Made by a program: the position numbers and the translations under genes. From a virus, in the IMG/VR virus record IMGVR_UViG_3300033149_004458, positions 16,113 through 80,112 of that record: a DNA stretch of 64,000 nucleotides, one strand, 5' to 3'. Positions 29,997-39,434 of this stretch are shown in pieces. Positions within the stretch are counted from its first letter, which is position 1, and every line of letters starts with the position of its first letter. The notes under the pieces are model-generated. The model did not search any database. It saw only the letters and a program-made list of their open reading frames with translations, and had not been told where the DNA came from.

Positions 29997-30068
29997 TGGA
30001 GGTGTGAGGAATCGAACCTCAGTTTCCAAGACAACATATGTCATCTTAGAACGAACCCTTTCACCCCC
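29997..30068 (-). ncRNA. Miniature tmRNA-like RNA (tRNA-like domain only, no mRNA/tag domain)
   Basis: GGGGGTG-AAAGGGTTCGT-TCTAAGATGAC-ATAT-GTTGTCTTGGA-AAC-TGAGG-TTCGATT-CCTCA-CACCTCC-A. Shows a G3.U70 acceptor stem, A discriminator, stemless D-loop with GG and UCG, P2 closed as a hairpin, and a canonical T-arm. Confidence 0.75.
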
Positions 30069-30535
30069 GACTTAATTGTGTCTATTTAAAACTCTTCTTT
30101 CACTTCGCACAACTCTTTTACTTTTCCTGTTTAAATAGCTGCTTGAGATAAGCTACTCTCTCTTAGTTTGTCCAAACAACGATGTTCTTACGCTTTGATA
30201 CGCATCCAAATAATAAACGGCCCACTTAACGCCATGCTCCTTAGCGGCTCTCCAGTAATCAATGCACTCATCAAGATACCTTTTTACGGCCTCTTCGGTG
30301 AGCTCAATCTTCTTGGTCACTGGTTCCGTCCCCGCATCTTTTCTTCCTCTGATTCCTATATCTAGTCCTACCATCAGTGGCATCTCTTAAACCAGCCATA
30401 ACGCCACTTGACGACCACAAGTGGTGTCCATTTATATCCTTTCAGGTAAATGCGTTCGCGGATAAAGTAAGAACCATGCGCACTACACCATTTGCCGAAT
30501 GATAACCAAATCATTATTACCTCCCAACTCTTATA

Positions 30536-30769
30536 TCACAGACCGCGCTCCAGGAGTGCTAATCCATCCCTCAAGATAAAGGCCCGACCAGTAACGTCTT
30601 TGAGCAGCGTATCAATTCTCGCTAGAGCAGTATAGCGCAGCTGTTGGTCAGACACTTCAAGATCACATGGCCCTATGATGCCCTCCAAGTGGTTTATTGC
30701 ATGGACCAGCAGGGAATTAATCTCTTCGAGCCTATCCGTGATTTTCTCTGTTGTTCCGTTATCTGCCAT
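30536..30769 (-). CDS. Hypothetical protein
   Basis: 77 aa with GGGAGAG RBS, co-oriented in the accessory array. Confidence 0.55.
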   Translation of the reverse strand: MADNGTTEKITDRLEEINSLLVHAINHLEGIIGPCDLEVSDQQLRYTALARIDTLLKDVTGRAFILRDGLALLERGL

Positions 30770-30781
30770 TTTACTCTCCCT

Positions 30782-31258
30782 TTATGATTTTTGTGTCTCT
30801 TTATGTCTACTCACAACGCCCCGTTCTGGTCGGCGGGCATCGTTGAAACCCCTGGTATATGCTCGATCTATATCCTCGCACCAGCTACAATATCGTGTGC
30901 CATCATCTCGTAGTTTCTCAGCAATATGTGGATGACCACATGGCATCGGTCTAAACCACTTAGAGAGCTCCTCGATATATGCTGCCATTTGCTGTATAGC
31001 ATCAACCGGATTGCGAAAAGCGGTATAGATACCCGCAATATCACAAGCATCTAGAGCTTGTTCGATTTTAGTTGATTCCTCGCGGTAGTGCTGAATTGTA
31101 TCATCCAGACGCCGTTGCAGCTCCTCACATTGTCCCACTAGACCAGTGACTATCCCAACCCAATCAACATGGGCCTCTAGACAAATCCACCTTTGAAGAT
31201 CATTAAGTAACTCGCTGTTCATTGTACTTCTCCTATCCACCCGGTTATTTACGACCAA
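30782..31258 (-). CDS. Hypothetical coiled-coil protein with CGH...CxxC motif
   Basis: MPCGHP...YCSWC; probable start at MNSELL (AGGAG RBS). Confidence 0.55.
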   Translation of the reverse strand: MVVNNRVDRRSTMNSELLNDLQRWICLEAHVDWVGIVTGLVGQCEELQRRLDDTIQHYREESTKIEQALDACDIAGIYTAFRNPVDAIQQMAAYIEELSKWFRPMPCGHPHIAEKLRDDGTRYCSWCEDIDRAYTRGFNDARRPERGVVSRHKETQKS

Positions 31259-32043
31259 CCACTCATTTTGCGTACTTTCTCTGTCTTTTCCTCTCCGTTC
31301 CTGTTAAACACCCTGCTATCAGTCTGGCCTTATCCATCAATTCGCCCGCGTCGATACAGTGAGGATTCCAATATCCCAACCTGACCAGCGCACGCACCCA
31401 TGTATCAAATATGTAATACTGTATTTTTCTCGTCGTCATTTTATCCCCAATGTCGTTGGCGTCAGCAATTACCCCTCATCTACTTTACACAACTTCAGTG
31501 CCTCTTCCAAAGGATACAGCGTCTCTACGCCGTCAGCATTGATCTTGTAGCAACGCATTGCCTTCTGTCCATCGAAGCCACAGATACGGCACACATTGTC
31601 TCGTTCCCAGGCAGCAGAGATCGATGCAGCGATCACAGCAGTAGCAATTAGTATCCATGCCAGGCCCAGAAGCAAAGCGGCTCCAAACCTCTTCATTCTC
31701 TTACTTCCTCCTCCGCCAATTCCGCCCGTGTCCAAACACCACCAGCAAAAAGTGCCTTGTCAAATGGTGGCGGCTTTTGGCAAGGGCTACGGTAGATACA
31801 CCACATAGTAGGACTAACCCACACGCAAATGGAACATGCGGAGTGTACGTCTCTAATAGCATGACATAAGGTTAATGACAATCGCCGATGTCTCCATAGC
31901 CATAACCAATCGTGCCAATGCCGCAAGGATTCTCTCCAGCGGGAAAGACATTCACTTATTCGAGCCACAATTACAACTATTAATAAGATAAGTAGTATAC
32001 CAGGCCAGCCATAACAACATAATTTCCAACATCTAAATCCCCT

Positions 32044-32823
32044 TTAATTGTTACTAGCCTCAACATTGGTTTTAGCCAGTTCTTTACGCACTTCAGCACG
32101 ACCTTCCTCACGAGCCTTTTCTAACATTTCCTCAAGCTCACACTTGCGGCATTGCCATTCACCCGGTCGTACAAGGTCCATTTCAGAGTTACAGTTAGGA
32201 CACAGACAAACTTGATCGGCCTTATCCCACTCATATTCCGCGCCACACTTAAGTTCCTGAAACGCTTTGACCTTCAACATTTTAGTGATTTCCGCGAGGT
32301 CTGCTGCTAATTCGTCCCTTGCCTGCTTCAGTGTTCCAGCTAACTCGCGGGCCGCATCACGCTGCGCTTCCAAACGTCCAAGTTTCTCAGCGGCTACCTG
32401 CTGGTGTAGCATTTCCAGTTTCAACAGTGCATTATACTGTATCCCTAGCCGCCTGGCCTCTGCCTCAGCTGTTCGCTTCTCTAGCCTCAACAATGCATTG
32501 TCACCTTGCAACCATTCAACCTCATCCAGCAGCGCCGCCAGCCAGCGACGGGCGTTAGCGAAAAGCCGCGCATAAGCACGACCATCTGGTCCGCACAGGA
32601 CATCATTATTCCACGTGCCATCAATGAAAGCGGCTATAGTCCAATACGGTCCAACTGGTCCAGTTTCCAGCGGCACATCTGGTGTAGCTTCCACATTAGT
32701 CCAGTATCCATCAATGTCGCCCCAGACTGAAGCGCCATAGTCATCACCCGTGTTGCTCACAAGCCTTGTGTCCGGCGTGGCTTCAATAGCCTCTTTGATC
32801 TCATCCAGCAACGCAGCATCCAT
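32044..32823 (-). CDS. Hypothetical coiled-coil protein with C-terminal zinc ribbon
   Basis: 259 aa, AAGGAG RBS; ARLFANARRWLAALLDEVE (Ead/Ea22-like segment) and CPNC...WQCRKC. Confidence 0.6.
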   Translation of the reverse strand: MDAALLDEIKEAIEATPDTRLVSNTGDDYGASVWGDIDGYWTNVEATPDVPLETGPVGPYWTIAAFIDGTWNNDVLCGPDGRAYARLFANARRWLAALLDEVEWLQGDNALLRLEKRTAEAEARRLGIQYNALLKLEMLHQQVAAEKLGRLEAQRDAARELAGTLKQARDELAADLAEITKMLKVKAFQELKCGAEYEWDKADQVCLCPNCNSEMDLVRPGEWQCRKCELEEMLEKAREEGRAEVRKELAKTNVEASNN

Positions 32824-33086
32824 TATTCACTCCTTTTACTCACAAGTCTACCGGCCCACGACATTTCCGAGAAACGCACCATCAAGTCATATCTGCTCGG
32901 CGTCGTCATGCCATCATCATCCATTCCCATACACCACTGTCATCAATATCGAGGTCGTCGCTATCTCTTTCGTCATAACTGCTCACCACTTGCTCCTCAA
33001 CAACAGCTACCTGGTGTTGGCAAATGCCATACAGCCTGTCGACCGCCCCTTGCTTCATGGCCTGCTCTTGTGCTCTGGCTAGTAAC

Positions 33087-33386
33087 TCATCCATTGATTG
33101 TCCTCCGATACAACATCTCTACAATCATGCCCCAGAAATTACCTTGTGCATGTTCGTACACCGAGGGGCTTTCTAGCTTCAATTCCTCTGGTGTTATTTG
33201 GTTGAGACCGTGCCGCAATGCTACGTCGAACCAAAACGCTTTATCTCTCCAGATATACGGCTTAATCCGCCTTAGCCGAGGTCCAGTTACACCAGTGCCG
33301 CCCCCACTACCACCGACAACCCATTGCTCAATAAAGTGGTTCCAGATCAAATGCTTGCGCTCATCCGTCAATTCAACACTCATCAT
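33087..33386 (-). CDS. Hypothetical protein
   Basis: 99-aa co-oriented ORF with RBS. Confidence 0.5.
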   Translation of the reverse strand: MMSVELTDERKHLIWNHFIEQWVVGGSGGGTGVTGPRLRRIKPYIWRDKAFWFDVALRHGLNQITPEELKLESPSVYEHAQGNFWGMIVEMLYRRTING

Positions 33387-33426
33387 TTGTCCCTTTTGCT
33401 CAAACCTACCAGTACACCGTGGGCAA

Positions 33427-33666
33427 TCACATTAAAATTTTAACGGTATTTTTCTTATTCTTAGTAGTCTCTGCTTGATCCTTTAAAAGCTTTAACCTCT
33501 TAGCCATATTAACTAGTGTTTCATACTGTTCAAACGTAAGTAGTGACACATCTCCATTTGAGAAATAAGCCACTCTCCAGCCGTCCTCTTGCAACTTAAC
33601 TACAAATGCTGTTTTATCTGGGATAACAACTTTTATTGCTTGGTCGATGCCAACAGTGTTATTCAT
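33427..33666 (-). CDS. Hypothetical protein
   Basis: 79-aa co-oriented ORF. Confidence 0.5.
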   Translation of the reverse strand: MNNTVGIDQAIKVVIPDKTAFVVKLQEDGWRVAYFSNGDVSLLTFEQYETLVNMAKRLKLLKDQAETTKNKKNTVKILM

Positions 33667-33897
33667 TTTCTAGCCTTTCTGAAAGTATTTTCCTGGTTTT
33701 CTGATGCTAAATACATTTCTCAAGAAGTTCTTCAATCTGCTCCAGGTCCTCTCGAATCAAAGACAATAATACACAAGCCATACGAATTCTCTTGGCTTCG
33801 TCTTTATAACTAATGCGGTTTGCGATGGACTTACCAATACAATTGAATATCTCTTCAATTTCTTCCAGGTGCTCTATCTTTGTTTTCTGAGGGGTAT

Positions 33898-34317
33898 TTA
33901 AAAGTCCCCCAGAAGGTCTATGAAGTTTGGTTGACATGGTCTCCACTCTCCAGTTTCTAGTTTTCTCTGCCAATAACGGGCTCTTGCACCATATCCTGTT
34001 ACTATAACATCAGAGGCTACGATTAAACCTCCAACTAAACCTGTGTTGGGGTCTTCGCACAAGTAAAGCTCTCTACTCCCATTGCAGTAATATCGGACTG
34101 TAGCACAGGACCTAGAGCTAATTAGCGTCGCAATACGCCAGGCGTCTAAACTCTCACCGACGTGCTTGGCAGCATGAGCTGAGATTGGTGGTTGGGAAAT
34201 GGCTGGCTGTTCCCACAAATTCTGTATTTGAATTGTCAGGACTAAGCCGCCAACCAGCAGCAAGAGAAACACAAACCCCGCCATCCCGCCTTGTCTCTGT
34301 GTATTATCCTGGATCAT
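33898..34317 (-). CDS. Membrane-anchored/secreted protein with HAAKH motif
   Basis: N-terminal transmembrane helix, then HAAKH...GGLIV...IVTGY...YW; GGAGG RBS. Confidence 0.55.
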   Translation of the reverse strand: MIQDNTQRQGGMAGFVFLLLLVGGLVLTIQIQNLWEQPAISQPPISAHAAKHVGESLDAWRIATLISSRSCATVRYYCNGSRELYLCEDPNTGLVGGLIVASDVIVTGYGARARYWQRKLETGEWRPCQPNFIDLLGDF

Positions 34318-34510
34318 TTTTACTGACCTCCATAACTCTCCAACCCAAGAATCACTTTTGGCCCACGCCTTATATTCTAGGTTTTATTGTTTATACTCTT
34401 TACCAGCCCCCGCACCGTGCCACACATGCTAATATAATAACTAGAGCTAAAATCAATAGTATTAGCAAGCCCACTTTGTCTGCATCTTTCATCTCTACTT
34501 TCCTTTCCAG

Positions 34511-35332
34511 TTAAGATGAGTTATCGGTATGAATAAACTCTACTGCATCTTGGTCAAATAAATTTGGCTGTAATCGTAATCTAAGAATATCTTCAAGGGA
34601 CTTATTCTTTTCAATGCCTATACCAACCCTACCAAGGTCTCTTGCCACTTTAATGGTGGTTCCTGTGCCAACAAATGGGTCCAAAATAATATCTTCTCTT
34701 GCTGTATACATCGTTATCAGTCTCTTTGGTAATTCCTCTGGGAAAGTAGCCTGTTTGCTCCCTTCTACTATAATGTTATCTGCCACACTACTAAAATTCC
34801 ATACTCCATGAACATATTGCGACCATTCTTCTTTGCTCATATTTAACTGCTTTGGTTTCAATTGTGCTCCTTTGGAATACTTGCGCCAAACAAATATATA
34901 TTCCCAAGAAGGCGATACACGCATTTGTCCTTCAAACCTTGATTTCTGAGTTAGGTGTCTGGCTGCATCTAACATAGGCCTATTTTTATTCCAGATAATC
35001 CTGGCCCACAAGTCCATCCCGACCCGATTCATAATATCCACATAGAAGGGAACATATGATATCTCTAATGGTCTACCGAACTCTTTAGCGTTTGCATATT
35101 TATCAGCAAAATTGATAGCAATCTTGCCCCAAGGTTCAAGCAATGGTACACATCTGGAGAAAACTATGTCTAACAGTTTAAGATATTCTTCCCAATTGTT
35201 CAGATATAGTTCATATTCTCGATTAACAAAATAAGGAGGGCTGGTAACCACTAAGGCTACTTTTTCTTTCAGCTCTCCTGCTAACTCCAATAGAACTTCT
35301 CTGCTATCTCCAAAATAAATCCTATGATTCAT
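34511..35332 (-). CDS. DNA methyltransferase, beta class (SPPY, likely N4-cytosine)
   Basis: VVTSPPY precedes ATFPEEL and ILDPFVGTGTT...GIGIE; start reassigned to MNHRIYFGDS. Confidence 0.9.
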   Translation of the reverse strand: MNHRIYFGDSREVLLELAGELKEKVALVVTSPPYFVNREYELYLNNWEEYLKLLDIVFSRCVPLLEPWGKIAINFADKYANAKEFGRPLEISYVPFYVDIMNRVGMDLWARIIWNKNRPMLDAARHLTQKSRFEGQMRVSPSWEYIFVWRKYSKGAQLKPKQLNMSKEEWSQYVHGVWNFSSVADNIIVEGSKQATFPEELPKRLITMYTAREDIILDPFVGTGTTIKVARDLGRVGIGIEKNKSLEDILRLRLQPNLFDQDAVEFIHTDNSS

Positions 35333-35711
35333 CCGCTCCCCAGTAGTTAAGCTTGCCCTCTCTCGTAAATGCAAAATATATTACTTCTGGACCTATAGAT
35401 GGAAGCTCAACATATGTATGTGTTTTTCCACAAGGAGAGGCTTTCCCTCTACGAACAATCCCTCTATGAACAACTCTATAATTTACCTGAGCGCCGTTTA
35501 GCATATGCAAAAACATCTCCAGATCAGACATATCAAACTCCTTTATCAGTCTTTCCTTTCAACGAGAAATTTCTAATAGCTAATTCCTTCTGTTCTTCTG
35601 TTGCTTTCTTCCAACATTGTTTGTGCCAAATAATATTAGCGTATGGACGATCACTTGCTTGTAAAAATTGTTCTTGTTCTTCTTCTATTGGTTTGTTACA
35701 GCCAGGGCAAA

Positions 35712-35951
35712 TCATCTTAGCTTCCTATATCTTTTCAATGTATCCCACAAAGTCTTAGTCAAAAAGCGGTCTTCCTTAGTAACTATAAAGTTCAGCAGGC
35801 TTTCTACGTCTGCTCTTAGCAGTGGTACATATACTACTTTATGTTTCTCTTCACACTGCTTAGCCCTCTTAAATGCTTTTTCTCTATCATTACTTGTATA
35901 GGTCCTACCACAGATTGAGCACCTATAAGTATGCTTTAAACTTTCTGGCAT
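35712..35951 (-). CDS. Small C2H2-like zinc-finger protein
   Basis: YRCSICGRTY...CEEKH; AAGGAG RBS; first gene of the leftward arm. Confidence 0.55.
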   Translation of the reverse strand: MPESLKHTYRCSICGRTYTSNDREKAFKRAKQCEEKHKVVYVPLLRADVESLLNFIVTKEDRFLTKTLWDTLKRYRKLR

Positions 35952-36336
35952 ATCAGCTCCTTGACAAAATTTTTATTTTATGTTATTATGAATTTTAAGA
36001 GTAGCCAGAATTATGCTTAATAACAAAACCTCTTAATTTAAAAAAAATTTAAAAGCTTAAAATTTTAAATCTTCATTTATATATAAAAATTTATTTGTTT
36101 TAACTTTTAAACTTCCTGTACCTCCGCAGTATTCGGCGGCGACATTTTAATTTTAATTTTCATTTTTGTCAATAATATTGTAACACAAAAAAGATTTTTT
36201 GTCAAGGGAATTTTGCGCTAAGAACGTCAAAAATTTCTTAAAAATTTCTTAAAATACGTAGAAACGCTGTTTTTGTCTTGACAAAATTTGCTTTTTGTGC
36301 TATAATAAGGAAGATCAAAAATTTTAAAGGAGCAGC
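35952..36336. promoter_or_regulatory. AT-rich divergent control region with four sigma70-type promoters
   Basis: Plus: TTGACA-17-TATTAT (35961-35989) and TTGACA-17-TATAAT (36278-36306). Minus: TTGACA-17-TACAAT (36205-36177) and TTGACA-17-TAAAAT (36172-36144). Tandem AAAATTTCTTA near 36230-36254. Confidence 0.8.
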
Positions 36337-38127
36337 ATGGAGTTTGTAACTTCTGATATTGTCTTACAAGAGGAGATATTGCCTGATATACTTAGGCATG
36401 ATATTCTCTCTTTGGACGTTGAGACTACAGGCTTTAATCCTAGAGAGAGTGTTTTAGTTCTAGTTCAAATTGCTACTCCAGAAGAGATATATGTTTTTGA
36501 TGCTAGAGCATGTAATCTCACACCGCTATTCTCTGGGATTGAGCAAGTAAACCCACTTATCATTGGACACAACCTAAAGTTTGACCTGAAATTTCTCAAG
36601 CAAAAATACAATTTTACACCTAAAAGATTATTTGACACAATGTTAGCTTGGGGAATAATCTACAACGGAAAGCGAAGTCAATTTGCTTCGTTGCATGAGT
36701 TGACTCTTCTCCTGTTAGGGGAAACTCTGGATAAAGACTTAAGAGCATCTTTCCAATATACTTATGGAGATGTTACTGAAGAACAGATAAAGTATGCTGC
36801 CAACGACGTTCGCTTTTTATACAATATATTCAGAGAGGAGCTGACACTATTAAAACAAGATGACCTTATTGCTACTGCCAAGCTAGAGTTCTCCCTTATT
36901 CCTGTAGTAGTTGATCTGGAACTTACTGGCATAAGAATAGATAGAAATAAATGGGAAGAAATAATCGCCAGACTCCCAGAAGAGATACAGGCACTAGAGC
37001 AAGAAATAGGGAAAATGTTATCTAACAGAAGTAGTGGTTACTTGCAAAGCGCCCTTGTCGAAAAAAGCGGGAGCTTGGTGCAAACAGATGGCCTACCTGT
37101 AGACTTTAACCCAAGAAGCAATTTACAAGTCAGAAGAGAATTGGTTAATTTTGGTTACAACGTAGATAATGTTCGTGCTTCGACCTTGCGGTCTATTCCG
37201 CACCCATTTGCACGGGCAATCCTCAAACATAGAAATCTGGCAAAGATAGCATCTACGTATGGAAAGAATTTCCTTGCGCTGATTGAGTCTGATGGGAAGA
37301 TACATGCAAACTTTAATCAGAATGGTTCTAGAAGCGGGAGATTCTCAAGCAGCAACCCGAATTTACAGAATATTCCAAGATCGAGTGCTTTTAGAGGTTG
37401 CTTTATTGCAGATGCTGGTTGTAAATTTATTACGGCGGATTTTTCTCAAATTGAGTTAAGAACAGCGGCGGTTCTTAGTGGAGAGCCAAAGATGCTGGAA
37501 GAGTATTCCAGGAAGGACGCTGATTTACATAGAAGAACTGCCTCTTACATTTACAAGATACCAGTAGATAAAGTAACAAGTGAACAACGATCTGTTGGAA
37601 AAAATGGGAACTTTAGTATCATTTACCAGATTTCTCCGGCAGGCTTTGCCTCTAGATATGAAATTAGCATCAAAGAGGCAGAGAGAATAATAAGCGGTTT
37701 TTGGTCTGCCTATGACATGCTCCATAATTATATGTTGTCGCAGGGGGACTTGGCAGTTACTCGTGGATACACCAAAACAGCTATTGGTAGACGCCGATAC
37801 TTCCTTCCACCGAGCCAAAATTCTAGAATGTACAGAGCAGAGATTTCTAAAATTCGTAGAGAGGGAGCAAACTTTCCTGTTCAGGGTACCGCAGCAGATA
37901 TTATGAAGCTTGCTCTCATAAAAGTACGAGAAGCAATAATGCCATACGGTGCTAGTATAGTAAATACTGTACACGATGAGCTCGTAGTCAACACTCCAGA
38001 GGAAACTGTTGCTGAAGTTGCGGCACTTGTCTACAACGAAATGATTAATGCTGCTATCGATACTCTTGGAGATGAGTTGCCATGGGAAGTGAACATGAAG
38101 ATTGGAAATTGTTGGGAAAAAGCTTGA
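36337..38127 (+). CDS. polA: DNA polymerase, family A (3'-5' exonuclease + polymerase, no 5'-3' exonuclease)
   Basis: Exo I LDVETTG, HNLKFD, YAANDV; GRFSSSNPNLQNIP, motif A ADFSQIELR, motif B R..GK..NF..IY, NFPVQGTAAD, motif C VHDE. Confidence 0.95.
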   Translation: MEFVTSDIVLQEEILPDILRHDILSLDVETTGFNPRESVLVLVQIATPEEIYVFDARACNLTPLFSGIEQVNPLIIGHNLKFDLKFLKQKYNFTPKRLFDTMLAWGIIYNGKRSQFASLHELTLLLLGETLDKDLRASFQYTYGDVTEEQIKYAANDVRFLYNIFREELTLLKQDDLIATAKLEFSLIPVVVDLELTGIRIDRNKWEEIIARLPEEIQALEQEIGKMLSNRSSGYLQSALVEKSGSLVQTDGLPVDFNPRSNLQVRRELVNFGYNVDNVRASTLRSIPHPFARAILKHRNLAKIASTYGKNFLALIESDGKIHANFNQNGSRSGRFSSSNPNLQNIPRSSAFRGCFIADAGCKFITADFSQIELRTAAVLSGEPKMLEEYSRKDADLHRRTASYIYKIPVDKVTSEQRSVGKNGNFSIIYQISPAGFASRYEISIKEAERIISGFWSAYDMLHNYMLSQGDLAVTRGYTKTAIGRRRYFLPPSQNSRMYRAEISKIRREGANFPVQGTAADIMKLALIKVREAIMPYGASIVNTVHDELVVNTPEETVAEVAALVYNEMINAAIDTLGDELPWEVNMKIGNCWEKA

Positions 38128-38152
38128 CAAAAAATAACGAATCTGATATAAT
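38124..38152 (+). promoter_or_regulatory. Sigma70-type promoter, probably producing leaderless recA mRNA
   Basis: TTGACA-17-TATAAT; the ATG begins 7 nt after the -10 box and there is no Shine-Dalgarno sequence. Confidence 0.8.
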
Positions 38153-38158
38153 TGTAAT

Positions 38159-39142
38159 ATGGAAAAAACTAACGAAGTTTTGAAAAAAATTAAACGCTTG
38201 TATGGAGAAGAGGCTATTTATCTTCTTAACGATTTCCCGACGCAGGATGTTGACGTAATCCCGACTGGAGCCCTACTATTAGACCAAGCATTAGGAGTGG
38301 GGGGAATTCCTAGAGGAAGAGTAACAGAAATATTTGGTCTATATAATACTGGCAAGACAACAATCTGTCAGCATATTATTGCGGAGGCACAAAGACTCGG
38401 GTTGACCCCCGCTTATATTGACGTAGAAAATGTACTTGACTTTCAGTGGGCGTCTCTTTGTGGTGTAGATTTTGACAATCTCCTTTTGTCTCAACCAAGC
38501 TTTGCAGAAACAGCTCTTGGAATTGCAGAAAAATTGATCAAAAGTGGTGAGATTGGGTTAGTAGTAATTGACTCCGCTGCAGCTCTGACTCCTAAGTCTG
38601 AAGAGACGGAAGAAGAATTTAAAGATGTTAATACCACAGGGATGCGGCGCGCAAAATTACTGTACCACTTCTTCCGCGTCGTAGTTCCTGCACTTAGAAG
38701 AAATAACGTGGCCCTGGTTTTTACAAATCAGATGCGAGATAATACCAAATCCATATATGGAGGAGTTCTTCCAGGCTGCGGCCACGCAATTAAATATTAT
38801 GCCTCTGTTAGAATGGAATTAAAAGTGAAGAAAAGTGGAAGAGTGTTCTCTGGAGACACAGTAGTTGGTCAGGAGGTTCAGGCTAATATTGTGAAGAACA
38901 GGGTGGCACCGCCATTAAAGACTGCCTCTTTCGTGATATTATTTGACGCTGGTATAGATAAAGCAGCGGACGTGTTAACAGCGGCCCTCTCTTTTGGGAT
39001 AGTAACGAAGGCTGGACCGTATTTACGTTACAATGAAACTACTATAGGACAGGGGAAAGCAAAAACTATTCAAGCGTTACGCGAAAACCCAGAATTACTA
39101 TTGGCTATAGAGCAAGAGTGCAAGGAGATTTTGTATGGCTGA
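38159..39142 (+). CDS. recA: RecA-family recombinase
   Basis: LDQALGVGGIPRGRVTEIFG..TGKTT, VVIDSAAAL, FTNQMR, AIKYYASVR and VKNRVAPP. Confidence 0.95.
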   Translation: MEKTNEVLKKIKRLYGEEAIYLLNDFPTQDVDVIPTGALLLDQALGVGGIPRGRVTEIFGLYNTGKTTICQHIIAEAQRLGLTPAYIDVENVLDFQWASLCGVDFDNLLLSQPSFAETALGIAEKLIKSGEIGLVVIDSAAALTPKSEETEEEFKDVNTTGMRRAKLLYHFFRVVVPALRRNNVALVFTNQMRDNTKSIYGGVLPGCGHAIKYYASVRMELKVKKSGRVFSGDTVVGQEVQANIVKNRVAPPLKTASFVILFDAGIDKAADVLTAALSFGIVTKAGPYLRYNETTIGQGKAKTIQALRENPELLLAIEQECKEILYG

Positions 39143-39434
39143 TACAACTTCGATAGAGCGGCTTTTTAATCTCGGAGAGTTTAGTAATATCAGAATAACC
39201 GTAGCAGATATTAGCAAACCCTTACAAGAGCGCAGGATAGAGATGCTAGAAAGGATTTTAGATATCTACGAAGCATTTTACCTGCAACAAGTTATAAGGT
39301 ATATGCTACAAGACAATGATAAGCTAACTGAACTTTGGTGTACCAGATATGAGAATTTAATCGCAAATAGAGATACCTATTTCAAGGAACTTACTAAGAA
39401 TGAGGAGGAAACGCAAGATGACACAACTAACTGA
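39135..39434 (+). CDS. Hypothetical protein
   Basis: 99 aa, AAGGAG RBS; ERLFNLGEFSNIRI N-terminus. Confidence 0.6.
   Translation: MADTTSIERLFNLGEFSNIRITVADISKPLQERRIEMLERILDIYEAFYLQQVIRYMLQDNDKLTELWCTRYENLIANRDTYFKELTKNEEETQDDTTN

Noticed and set aside
29997-30068. Interpretation of the tmRNA-like element as an ssrA attP fragment, a permuted two-piece tmRNA, or a normal tRNA-Ala
   Set aside because: An attP remnant would carry only one end, and no integrase is in the window. Both ends are present in standard order and joined by a complementary hairpin. There is no D-stem or 7-nt anticodon loop.
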